Positions 41,259 through 51,605 of a DNA stretch of 64,000 bases are shown one piece after another (the stretch's first letter is position 1; each line of letters begins with the position of its first letter). The stretch lies in the NCBI RefSeq assembly GCF_016026235.1, contig NZ_CP065613.1; one strand, given 5' to 3'. Source of the stretch: Escherichia coli (GTDB taxonomy: Bacteria > Pseudomonadota > Gammaproteobacteria > Enterobacterales > Enterobacteriaceae). The position numbers were made by a program, and so were the translations under genes. The notes under the pieces are model-generated. The model did not search any database. It worked only from the letters and a program-made list of their open reading frames with translations, and had not been told where the DNA came from.

Positions 41259-41274
41259 TGGAAAACGTCTCGCA
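41259..41274 (+). promoter_or_regulatory. sigma54-like -24/-12 element upstream of yiiE
   Basis: TGGAAAACGTCTCGCA has GG-N10-GC spacing identical to glnAp2 in this window (TGGCACAGATTTCGCT). It lies within a 22-nt block duplicated upstream of yiiF. Confidence 0.35.
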
Positions 41275-41371
41275 AAAACAAAACAACATGCAAAAATCCG
41301 CTTTCGTTAATTAATTTTCCGTCGTAATTTTCGCACATACATTAATGAGTAATATATGTAAGAGGGTGGCA

Positions 41372-41590
41372 ATGGCGATGAATACGGTTTTTCTTCATTT
41401 ATCAGAAGAGGCAATTAAACGGCTGAACAAGCTTCGGGGCTGGCGTAAGGTTTCACGATCTGCAATTTTACGCGAAGCGGTAGAGCAATATCTGGAACGT
41501 CAGCAATTCCCGGTGCGTAAAGCAAAGGGAGGCAGGCAAAAGGGGGAGGTAGTTGGTGTTGATGATCAGTGTAAGGAGCATAAGGAATGA
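41372..41590 (+). CDS. yiiE: ribbon-helix-helix (CopG/Arc/MetJ-type) DNA-binding protein YiiE
   Basis: 72 aa from MAMNTVFLHLSEEAIKRLNKL, with an RHH pattern (beta strand then SRSAILREAVEQYL). SD GAGGGTGG is upstream. Confidence 0.85.
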   Translation: MAMNTVFLHLSEEAIKRLNKLRGWRKVSRSAILREAVEQYLERQQFPVRKAKGGRQKGEVVGVDDQCKEHKE

Positions 41591-41696
41591 CAAAAATTTT
41601 TCATTCTTGAATATAAAAAACAGATGCCCTTATTCTGGTATTAATACAAGGCTGTTTTACTTGAACTTATAATAACTGCAACTGTTACATCATATC

Positions 41697-41712
41697 TGGA
41701 AAACGCCTCGCA
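41697..41712 (+). promoter_or_regulatory. sigma54-like -24/-12 element upstream of yiiF
   Basis: TGGAAAACGCCTCGCA is a paralogous copy of 41259-41274 (one substitution) with the same GG-N10-GC spacing. Confidence 0.35.
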
Positions 41713-41830
41713 AAAATAAAAAATGATGCGTAAATGAGCTTTCTTTAAAGATTCGACAAGGGTACTTTTCTCTCCATAGATATCAAATGATATTGGTCAA
41801 ATATTTATGAACTCTCTGGCAGGTATTGAT

Positions 41831-42049
41831 ATGGGCAGAATTATACTCGATTTATCGAATGAGGTGATTAAGCAACTTGATGATCTTGAGGTGCAGCGTA
41901 ATCTTCCTCGTACGGAGCTATTACGGGAAGCGGTAGATCAATACTTGGTAAATCAATCGCAAACAGTAAGAACCAGTGCTTTTGGCATATGGCAAGGGCG
42001 TGAGGAAGATGGTGTCGAATACCAGCGTAAGCTGCGCGAGGAATGGTAA
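41831..42049 (+). CDS. yiiF: ribbon-helix-helix DNA-binding protein YiiF (paralog of YiiE)
   Basis: 72 aa from [19 protein letters not shown], with helix [14 protein letters not shown] parallel to YiiE SRSAILREAVEQYL. Confidence 0.85.
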   Translation: MGRIILDLSNEVIKQLDDLEVQRNLPRTELLREAVDQYLVNQSQTVRTSAFGIWQGREEDGVEYQRKLREEW

Positions 42050-42099
42050 TGGGAAAAAATGATGTCAATCAGATTGCTGACAACGTGCGCGTTGTTCAT

Positions 42100-42117
42100 G
42101 CCGGATGCGGCGTGAAC
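42100..42117. repeat. left half of a REP palindromic unit split by the IS element
   Basis: gccggatgcggcgtgaac joins with 43550-43569 (gaacgccttatccggcctac) to give a canonical REP, once one gaac copy is removed. Confidence 0.8.
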
Positions 42118-43026
<909 letters not shown>

Positions 43027-43549
43027 CCAGGAGATGCTCCTGCATGGCTTTCAGATATGCATTTTCTGCGCGAAGATAACGCAGCTCATTCTTCATCTCT
43101 TCCGGCGTCATGTTTCCCTCGTTTTCATGGGTATCATCAGAACGGGTCATGCTTTTCTCCTTCCTGCGCCTGATAAAGGCCTCATTACCAGATTTGCGGT
43201 AGCCTTTTATCCAGTTTTTAACCATGTTGTGGCTGGGAATGTTAAACCGGGCAGCTACCCGGGGTAGAGACTCAGAATGCCCGAGAGCATAAAGAACCAC
43301 GCAAAGTTTATCTTCAGGAGAATAGCTACGCTTGTGTCTGCAATCCAGTGCCTGAGGACCGTGAAGAAGAAAAAGATTAATCCAGTGTGAGAGGCTGGTG
43401 TGAGAAAGTTGAAAGAGTTTTGCCGTAGAAATGATGCCTGCATGACCGGCCAGGTAATGATTTACAGCGGCAAGTTTTACTTCAAATGAATGTTTCATAA
43501 ACTGCACCTTCAGATGTCAGATTATGTCCAACATTTGGGGTGCAGTTCA

Positions 43550-43569
43550 GAACGCCTTATCCGGCCTAC
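43550..43569. repeat. right half of the split REP unit (starts with the duplicated gaac)
   Basis: gaacgccttatccggcctac lies immediately after the IS right end. Confidence 0.8.
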
Positions 43570-43614
43570 AAAGTCGTATAAATTCAATCTATTGCAGTTT
43601 ATTGGTAGGCCTGA

Positions 43615-43633
43615 TAAGCGCAGCGCATCAGGC
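43615..43633. repeat. second REP unit of the same BIME
   Basis: gtaggcctgataagcgcagcgcatcaggc (coordinates approximate). Confidence 0.6.
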
Positions 43634-43797
43634 AATCTTACGCTTGTCATCAGTCTCATGCCCATAACCTTATTGATGTGGTGGTGGGTAAATTGGCGGC
43701 ATAGCTTGAGGTGGTAACGCGGAATACGAGAGATGGTGTCGTCACACCCTATGAGCTGTAATCCGGGCGACCAGCGCCACCCGGAAAACGTCAGAGA

Positions 43798-44727
43798 TTA
43801 CTCCCCTTCACCCGGAAACAGGAACGGGTTAATGGAACTGCGGGCATAGCCTTCTTGCTCCATTCGCGCGTCCAGTACCAGAGAAGCGAGGTCATCTGCC
43901 ACGGCTTCAACTTTCGGTTCTTTTTCCTGATAAAGAATCTTCAGGTAAGTGCCGCAGTCATCGCAGCTTTCGGCTTTAATCGCGGCCTGTTCGTCATCCA
44001 GCGACCAGTAATGCAGTTTGCCGCTCTGCTCGCAGTTGCTGCATTTTACGCGCACTACGTGCCATTCGGTTTCACACAGGTTGCAGTGCAGGTAACGCAG
44101 ACCCTGAGTGGTGCCAATTTGCACCATGCTGGACACCGGCATAGAACCACAAACCGGGCAATATTGACGTTGCTCGCCGTATTCAGCGCGGGCTTTGCCG
44201 GGGATCAGATTGGCCATCTGCGCCCAGTAGAGCGACAGTGCAGCCCAGATAAACGGCGCTTTATCGCTGCTGACGGATGAGAAATCAGAGGCAAACAGTG
44301 CGCTGGCCATATCTTCCAGCTCCTGAGTCGATGCCTTCTCCAGATTCTCAATCACTGCCAGCGCCGGGCCGCTCATTTCAGGTTTCAGCTCAGCAATCAG
44401 CGCCATCAGCAGCTTTTGCCAGTGCTTATCACGCGGCAGAACGTGAATATCCAGCGGGGGCTTGCCCTGTGCGCTGGCTTCTTTAATGCGCGCGGTCAGA
44501 TCCATCTCCAGCGGATGGTCGTACAGCACCACTTCCTGGGCGTGGGCGATAAGCGCAGCAAAGCGCAGGTAATCACCCAGCGGATTATTTTCTGCCAGCT
44601 CGCGCAGACGCTCGGCGCGGCGGTTGTATAAATTCTTGAGCCGAGGGAACAATAACGGCGGAATCATATCCGCCGTACGTTTCTCGCTCGAACCCAGCTC
44701 ATCTTGCGGGATTATGCGAATACTCAT
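43798..44727 (-). CDS. fdhE: formate dehydrogenase maturation protein FdhE
   Basis: 309 aa with four CxxC pairs ([27 protein letters not shown]). Confidence 0.95.
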   Translation of the reverse strand: MSIRIIPQDELGSSEKRTADMIPPLLFPRLKNLYNRRAERLRELAENNPLGDYLRFAALIAHAQEVVLYDHPLEMDLTARIKEASAQGKPPLDIHVLPRDKHWQKLLMALIAELKPEMSGPALAVIENLEKASTQELEDMASALFASDFSSVSSDKAPFIWAALSLYWAQMANLIPGKARAEYGEQRQYCPVCGSMPVSSMVQIGTTQGLRYLHCNLCETEWHVVRVKCSNCEQSGKLHYWSLDDEQAAIKAESCDDCGTYLKILYQEKEPKVEAVADDLASLVLDARMEQEGYARSSINPFLFPGEGE

Positions 44728-45359
44728 TCAGCTTTCTTTTCCGTTGTCTTGCGGACCTCACGGTACCAGCGCGGGTGATGTTTCTTCGCCCAGGCGCTGG
44801 TAACCCATCCTTCCACCATGGCGGTAATCGTGCCTTTCACCCAAAGGGCGGCGTAGATATGCACCATGATAACCACAATTAACGCCACTGCGGCAAATGA
44901 ATGCAGCATTAACGCGAATCGGATCACCGGGATTGAGAAAGCAGGCGCAAAATAAGGACGCCAGATAATCACGCCGCTCACCAGCAGCAGAACCAGGAAA
45001 ATAATCGCCGCCCAGAAAACGCATTTCTGACCGAAGTTATAACGCCCGGTGTCACCTACTTCCTCGTTGACGACGATCTTACGAATATTCTTCGCCCAAA
45101 AGATATCATCCCGATTGATTAGGTTGTGATGCCAGTAACGGAAAAACATGATGATGAACGAGGCAAACATAACCACGCCGACAAACGGGTGCAGAATTCG
45201 CGCCAGCTGCGGTGTGCCCATGATTTGCATCAACCAGTTGAAGGACGGGAACAAAAAGCCCAGCCCGCTCACCGCCGCCAGGATGAAGCAGAAGGCGGTG
45301 ATCCAGTGGTTGATACGTTCCGGCGCGGTGTAGCGCACGATGGTGTCACGTCGTTTCAT
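44724..45359 (-). CDS. fdoI: formate dehydrogenase-O cytochrome b556 subunit
   Basis: 211 aa, 4 TM helices. There are 4-nt overlaps with fdoH and fdhE. Confidence 0.95.
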
Positions 45360-46258
45360 TTGCGCTCCTCGTCTTTCTCTTCGTGCAGATTATTCTCTTC
45401 CTCATCCGCACGGTTCGGACCGACACCCACGTAGTGGAAGATACTGGCTGCGAAGGTAGCCGCAAAGCCAACAGCTGCGAGCGGTTTCCAGATGCCTTTC
45501 CAGAATTTCACGGTTTCGCTGATTTCCGGGTTCTCCGGCAAGCCATGATACAGATTTGGCTTGTCAGCATGGTGCAGCACGTACATAACGTGTGTACCAC
45601 CGACGCCTGCCGGATCGTACAGGCCCGCATTGTCGTAACCGCGGGTTTTCAGCTCCGCCACGCGCTCGCTCGCCAGCGTTTTCATCGACTCTTTCGTACC
45701 GAAGTGAATCGCGCCCGTTGGGCAGGTCTTCACGCAGGCTGGTTCTTGCCCAACCACCACGCGGTCAACGCACAGCGTACATTTGTAGACGCGGTTGTCT
45801 TCCGGGTTGAGGCGCGGAATGTCGAACGGACAGCCCGCAATGCAGTAACCGCAGCCAATGCACTGCTCGGACTGGAAGTCGACGATACCGTTGGCATACT
45901 GAATAATTGCCCCTTCCGCCGGGCACGCTTTCAGGCAGCCTGGATCGGAACAGTGCATACAGCCGTCTTTGCGGATCAGCCATTCCAGTTTGTCGTTCTG
46001 CTCCACTTCCGAGAAGCGCATCACCGTCCACGATTTGGCGCTTAAATCATTGGGGTTGTCGTACACCCCAATGTTATTGCCGACGGTATCGCGAATGTCG
46101 TTCCACTCTGAACACGCCACCTGACAGGCTTTACAGCCGATACAGGTGGTGACGTCGATGAGTTTCGCCACTTCTTCCTGGAAGTCCCGCGCCTGAGGCG
46201 CGGGGGTCAGACCGTTAGTCGCGGAACGACGAATGATATCTTGCGATTGATAAGCCAT
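45356..46258 (-). CDS. fdoH: formate dehydrogenase-O iron-sulfur subunit
   Basis: 300 aa with four ferredoxin-type Cys clusters ([42 protein letters not shown]...C) and a C-terminal TM anchor. Confidence 0.95.
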
Positions 46259-46270
46259 ATGTCGTCTCCG

Positions 46271-49200
46271 TTACACCTTTTCCACATTCACAAGGAAGGA
46301 CTTAAACTCCGGCGTCTGCGTGTTCGCATCACCAACGAATGGCGTTAACGTATTGGCAATAAAGCCTTTTTTAGCTACGCCTTCATAACCCCAGTGAATC
46401 GGAATACCGATGGTATCGATATCTTTGCCGTTCGCTTTCAGCGTGCGAATACGTTTGGTCACCACCGCTTTGGCCTTGATATAGCCACGGTTGGAGGAGA
46501 CTTTCACGGTATCGCCCTGGGCAATGCCAAGTTTATTCGCCAGCGACTCCCCGATTTCCACAAACTGCTCTGGCTGCAAAATCGCGTTCAACAGCGCGTG
46601 TTTGGTCCAGTAGTGGAAGTGCTCGGTCAGACGATAGGTGGTTCCGACATACGGGAACTTATCGGCTTTACCCAATGCTTCGGCGTCGTCTTTAAAGATA
46701 CGTGCAGCCGGGTTCGAGATAACGTTTGGATGCAGCGGGTTAGTTCCCAGCGGCGTTTCAAACGGCTCGTAGTGTTCCGGGAACGGACCTTCCGCCATCT
46801 TATCGAGGGCAAACAGACGCCCCATGCCTTCCTGCTGCATGATAAACGGCCCGACGCCGCTGCCCGGAGGCGCTGCGCTGTAGTCCGGAATATCCCAGCC
46901 GGTCCACTTAGTGCCGTCCCATTTCAGCAACTGACGCTTCGGATCCCACGGGTTACCCTGCGGATCTGCGGAGGCGCGGTTATACAGAATGCGGCGGTTA
47001 AGCGGCCATGCCCATGCCCAGCCCAGCGTGTTACCGAGGCCAGACGGATCGGCGTTATCACGACGCGCCATCTGGTTGCCTTCCGGCGTCCAGCTACCGG
47101 CGAAAATCCAGCAACCACAGGAAGTTGTACCGTCATCGCGCAGTTGGGCGAACGAGCTAAGTTGTTGGCCTTTCTTGACGATAACCGCACCGGTTGCCGG
47201 ATCGGTAATATCGGCCAGCGCCTTACCGTTACTCTCCATCGCCACTTCTTCTGAAGATGGCTCATGCGGAATGGCGTAGTTCCAGGTCATGTTCAGCACC
47301 TGGTCCGGGTTCGCGCCACCCTGTTCGGCATACATCTTGCGCAAGCGCAGGAAGATACCGGAGAGGATCTCGCCGTCAGTCAGCGCAATCCCCGGGGCGT
47401 CCGCACCTTTCCAGTGCCACTGTAACCAGCGACCTGAGTTAACGATAGAACCGTTCTCTTCCGCGAAGCAGGTCGATGGCAGACGGAACACTTCGGTCTG
47501 GATCTTCGACGAGTCAACTTCGTTCAGCTCACCGTGGTTCTGCCAGAAGTTAGAGGTTTCAGTGTTCAGCGGGTCGATGGTGACGAGGAACTTCAGTTTC
47601 GACAGACAACCGATCACTTTGTTTTTGTTCGGGAATGAGGCAACAGGGTTAAAGCCCTGGCAGATATAGCCATTGACCTTGCCCTCTTTCATCATCTCGA
47701 AGTATTGCAGGACGTCGTAGCCTTTATCCCACTTCGGCAACCAGTCAAAGCCCCAGCTATTTTCCGCCGTCGCTTTATCACCAAAGAAGGCCTTCATCAT
47801 AGAGACGAAGAATTTCGGGTAGTTGCCCCAGTAGTTTACCTGGCCTTCCAGCAGCGGTTTTGGCGTGTTGGCGGTAAGGTAGGTTTGCAGATCGGTCTGC
47901 TTCTCGCTTGGCAGCGTCATGTAACCTGGCAGGCTCTGCGACAGCAGCCCCAGGTCCGTCAGCCCCTGAATATTGGAGTGACCGCGCAGGGCGTTAACGC
48001 CGCCGCCAGCCATCCCCATGTTACCGAGCAGCAGCTGGATCATCGCCATCGTACGAATGTTTTGCGCACCAACGGAGTGTTGCGTCCAGCCGAGGGCATA
48101 CAGGAACGAGGCAGTTTTATCGTGAGCACTGGTTTCTGCGATGTATTCGCAGACTTTCAGGAACGCGTCTTTTGGCGTACCACAGATGTTTTCAACCACA
48201 TCTGGCGTGTAGCGGGAAACGTGCTGTTTCAGCAAGTTCCACACGCAGCGCGGATGTTGCAGCGTGGTATCGCGTTTGGCGAAGCCGTTTTCGTCCAGTT
48301 CATAAGTCCAGGAGGATTTATCGTACTTGCGTTTTTCCGCGTCGTAGCCGGTGAACAGGCCATCTTCAAAGCCGTAATCCTCACGCACGATCAGGCTGGC
48401 GTTGGTATAGGCTTCGGTGTATTCGCGGTTGAATTTTTCATTGTTCAGCAGGTACAGCAATACGCCTGACAGGAAAGCAATGTCAGTACCGGAACGAATA
48501 GGGGCATAGTAGTCAGCCACCGCCGCCGTACGCGTAAAGCGAGGATCGATCACAATCAGCTTCGCGCCATTGTGAATTTTGGCTTCCATCGCCCAGCGGA
48601 ACCCGACCGGGTGAGCTTCAGCGGCGTTACCGCCCATCACCACGACGAGGTTGGCGTTCTTGATGTCGACCCAGTGGTTGGTCATCGCACCGCGACCAAA
48701 TGTTGGAGCAAGACTTGCTACCGTTGGTCCGTGTCAGACACGCGCCTGGTTGTCGACCGCGAGCATACCCAGCGCGCGGGAGAATTTTTGCGTTAAATAG
48801 CCGGTTTCGTTACTCGACGCGGAAGCACACAGCATCCCGGTGGAGAGCCAGCGGTTAACAGTCACGCCTTCGGCGTTTTGCGCAATGTAGTTAGCATCGC
48901 GGTCTTCTTTCATCAGTTTGGCGATGCGATCAAACGCCTCTTCCCAACTGATTTGCTGCCATTTATCAGAACCTGGCGCACGGTATTCCGGAAACTTCAG
49001 ACGGCTTTCGGAGTGGATGAAATCCACCAGGCCAGCGCCTTTCGGACAAAGTGCACCGCGGTTGACCGGGTGATCCGGATCGCCTTCGATATGGAAGATA
49101 GATGCTTTGGCGTTTTTTGCTCCGTCACCGAGGCTGTACATCAACAGCCCACAGCCTACGGAACAATAGGTGCAGGTATTACGGGTTTCGCGGGTGCGCA

Positions 49201-49321
49201 GCAGTTTATACTGCCGGGTTTCCGCGAGTGCTACGCTGGGTGCAAAACCCAGTGCCGCTGCCGTGGTGCCTGCCATACCGCCAGCGCAGATCTTAAAGAA
49301 CTGCCTTCTGCTGACCTGCAT
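46271..49321 (-). CDS. fdoG: formate dehydrogenase-O catalytic subunit (selenocysteine-containing molybdoenzyme)
   Basis: 1016 codons read through the in-frame TGA at 48734-48736 (context DNQARV-U-HGPTVA). It has the Tat signal MQVSRRQFFKICAGG. The two ORF-track pieces (195 aa and 804 aa) are in one frame. Confidence 0.95.
48690..48736 (-). promoter_or_regulatory. selenocysteine UGA plus SECIS hairpin of fdoG
   Basis: Directly 3' of the UGA is CACGGACCAACGGUAGCAAGUCUUGCUCCAACAUUUGGUC. A lower stem (GACCAA/UUGGUC) and an upper stem capped by an AGUC-type loop resemble the fdhF SECIS. Confidence 0.75.
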
Positions 49322-49514
49322 GGATTGCTCCTTGTTTCGACATTGTCACGTCCCATTTACATTCGCTTGCTGCGTGTGCAGGGAGTGGGAGTTATTTTTC
49401 TTTGCGGAAGGGGCCGCAAAGGTCCAGAATTGGCTCAATTTCCCTCCATCCAGGAAGGGTTTGTAACAGAATACCATAATGTTGGTGTGTGTGTTCTTAT
49501 CTGGTTAAGAGAAA

Positions 49515-50348
49515 GTGAAAAAAACACAGCAAAAAGAAATCGAAAATGTGACAAATATCACAGGTGTTCGTCAAATTGAGTTATGGCGGCGTGATGATTT
49601 ACAACACCCACGGTTAGATGAGGTCGCGGAAGAAGTTCCCGTTGCGCTGGTCTACAACGGCATTTCGCATGTGGTGATGATGGCGTCGCCCAAAGACCTT
49701 GAGTACTTTGCGCTCGGTTTTTCGCTTTCCGAGGGGATAATAGAAAGTCCGCGCGATATCTTCGGCATGGATGTCGTTCCTTCCTGTAATGGTCTTGAAG
49801 TACAAATTGAGCTTTCCAGCCGCCGCTTTATGGGGTTGAAGGAGCGCCGCCGGGCGCTGGCGGGACGTACGGGCTGTGGCGTATGCGGCGTGGAGCAACT
49901 TAATGACATCGGAAAACCGGTGCAGCCGCTACCGTTCACCCAGACGTTTGATCTCAACAAACTGGATGATGCATTACGTCATCTCAACGATTTTCAGCCA
50001 GTGGGGCAACTGACTGGTTGTACTCACGCCGCTGCCTGGATGTTGCCATCTGGCGAACTGGTCGGCGGGCATGAAGACGTGGGTCGCCATGTGGCGCTGG
50101 ACAAACTGTTAGGCCGCCGGTCACAAGAAGGGGAAAGCTGGCAGCAAGGTGCGGTACTGGTTTCCAGTCGTGCCAGTTATGAAATGGTGCAAAAGTCGGC
50201 GATGTGCGGCGTAGAGATTTTGTTTGCGGTGTCTGCCGCGACCACGCTTGCTGTAGAAGTGGCTGAGCGCTGTAATTTGACACTGGTAGGTTTTTGTAAA
50301 CCGGGTCGGGCAACGGTTTATACCCATCCGCAGCGTTTGAGCAATTAA
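49515..50348 (+). CDS. fdhD: formate dehydrogenase sulfurtransferase FdhD
   Basis: 277 aa with a GTG start and conserved GCGVCG motif. It is divergent from fdoG. Confidence 0.95.
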
Positions 50349-50352
50349 TTAA

Positions 50353-50391
50353 AATAAGTCCTGCGATATATATTAAATTGCAGGACTTATT
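50353..50391 (+). terminator. fdhD terminator hairpin
   Basis: A perfect 12-bp stem, aataagtcctgc / gcaggacttatt, with an AT-rich loop, 5 nt after the fdhD stop. Confidence 0.6.
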
Positions 50392-50500
50392 CATTTCGTG
50401 AATTTTATTATTTTATTTATAAACAAAATGCGTGTAGTGGCGTTTTCTTTTTTCATTTATTATGTTCACTCTCTTATCTATATATTTATAAGGCAATTAA

Positions 50501-51556
50501 ATGAAAAGGAATTTATTATCTTCCGCTATTATAGTCGCCATCATGGCCCTCGGTCTGACGGGTTGTGATGATAAAAAAGCCGAAACAGAAACGCTCCCGC
50601 CTGCCAATAGTCAACCTGCCGCACCAGCTCCTGAAGCGAAACCTACTGAAGCTCCCGTTGCAAAAGCAGAAGCTAAACCTGAAACACCTGCGCAACCGGT
50701 GGTCGATGAACAAGCGGTTTTCGACGAAAAAATGGATGTCTATATCAAGTGCTACAACAAGTTACAGATCCCGGTACAGAGCAGTCTGGCGCGTTATGCT
50801 GACTGGCTGAAAGATTTTAAACAGGGGCCTACCGGTGAAGAGCGTACTGTTTATGGCATCTACGGCATTAGTGAATCCAGCCTCGCTGAGTGTGAAAAAG
50901 GCGTAAAAAGTGCTGTGGCGTTAACGCCTGCGCTGCAACCAATTGATGGCGTGGCGGTGAGTTATATCGATGCTGCCGTGGCGTTGGGTAATACCATTAA
51001 CGAAATGGATAAATATTACACCCAGGAAAATTATAAAGACGATGCGTTTGCGAAAGGGAAAACGCTGCACCAGACATTCTTAAAAAATCTGGAAGCCTTT
51101 GAACCTGTAGCAGAATCTTATCATGCGGCGATTCAGGAAATTAACGATAAGCGCCAGCTTGCGGAACTGAAAAATATTGAAGAAAGAGAAGGGAAAACAT
51201 TCCACTACTACTCTCTGGCAGTCATGATTTCAGCGAAACAAATTAATAACCTGATTTCGCAAGAGAAGTTTGATGTTGATGCGGCAATGAAGAAAGTCTC
51301 TGAACTGGAAACGCTGGTGGCGCAGGCCAAAGAAGCGGATAAAGGCGGTATGAATTTCTCGTTCATTAATTCGGCAGACCAGTATCAACTCGAGACTAAA
51401 AAATATGTTCGCCGCGTCAGAGATACAGTCCCGTACTCTGACTGGGATAAAGAGCATCTTCAGGATGCAAACACAAGCTGGATGGTCGAAGACTCATTTC
51501 CACGAGCGTTACGCGAGTACAACGAAATGGTTGATGACTATAATAGCCTGCGTTAA
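50501..51556 (+). CDS. yiiG: lipoprotein YiiG (DUF3829 family)
   Basis: 351 aa with lipobox LGLTGC after a signal sequence and a Pro/Ala-rich linker. Recognised as E. coli YiiG. Confidence 0.85.
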   Translation: MKRNLLSSAIIVAIMALGLTGCDDKKAETETLPPANSQPAAPAPEAKPTEAPVAKAEAKPETPAQPVVDEQAVFDEKMDVYIKCYNKLQIPVQSSLARYADWLKDFKQGPTGEERTVYGIYGISESSLAECEKGVKSAVALTPALQPIDGVAVSYIDAAVALGNTINEMDKYYTQENYKDDAFAKGKTLHQTFLKNLEAFEPVAESYHAAIQEINDKRQLAELKNIEEREGKTFHYYSLAVMISAKQINNLISQEKFDVDAAMKKVSELETLVAQAKEADKGGMNFSFINSADQYQLETKKYVRRVRDTVPYSDWDKEHLQDANTSWMVEDSFPRALREYNEMVDDYNSLR

Positions 51557-51577
51557 ACGTTTTTGATGATAAATGCA

Positions 51578-51602
51578 GTGTCGGATGCGGCGCATCCGAC
51601 AC
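51578..51602. terminator. hairpin between convergent yiiG and frvR
   Basis: gtgtcggatgcggcgcatccgacac is a perfect 11-bp stem (REP-like). Confidence 0.5.
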
Positions 51603-51605
51603 AGT

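Noticed and set aside
41372-42049. yiiE and yiiF as antitoxins of type II toxin-antitoxin modules.
   Set aside because: RHH folds are common in antitoxins. However, no toxin-sized ORF follows or precedes either gene, and each is followed by AT-rich non-coding DNA or a REP.
45383-48469. Several 220-286-aa plus-strand ORFs (45383-46045, 46394-47254, 47705-48469) opposite fdoH and fdoG.
   Set aside because: They are antisense shadow ORFs within strongly supported genes, with Arg/His-rich nonsense-like sequence.
46271-49321. fdoG appears broken into 195-aa and 804-aa ORFs, suggesting a pseudogene.
   Set aside because: Both parts share one frame. The interrupting TGA has the selenocysteine context (ARV-U-HGP) and a SECIS-like hairpin directly downstream, so the gene is intact.
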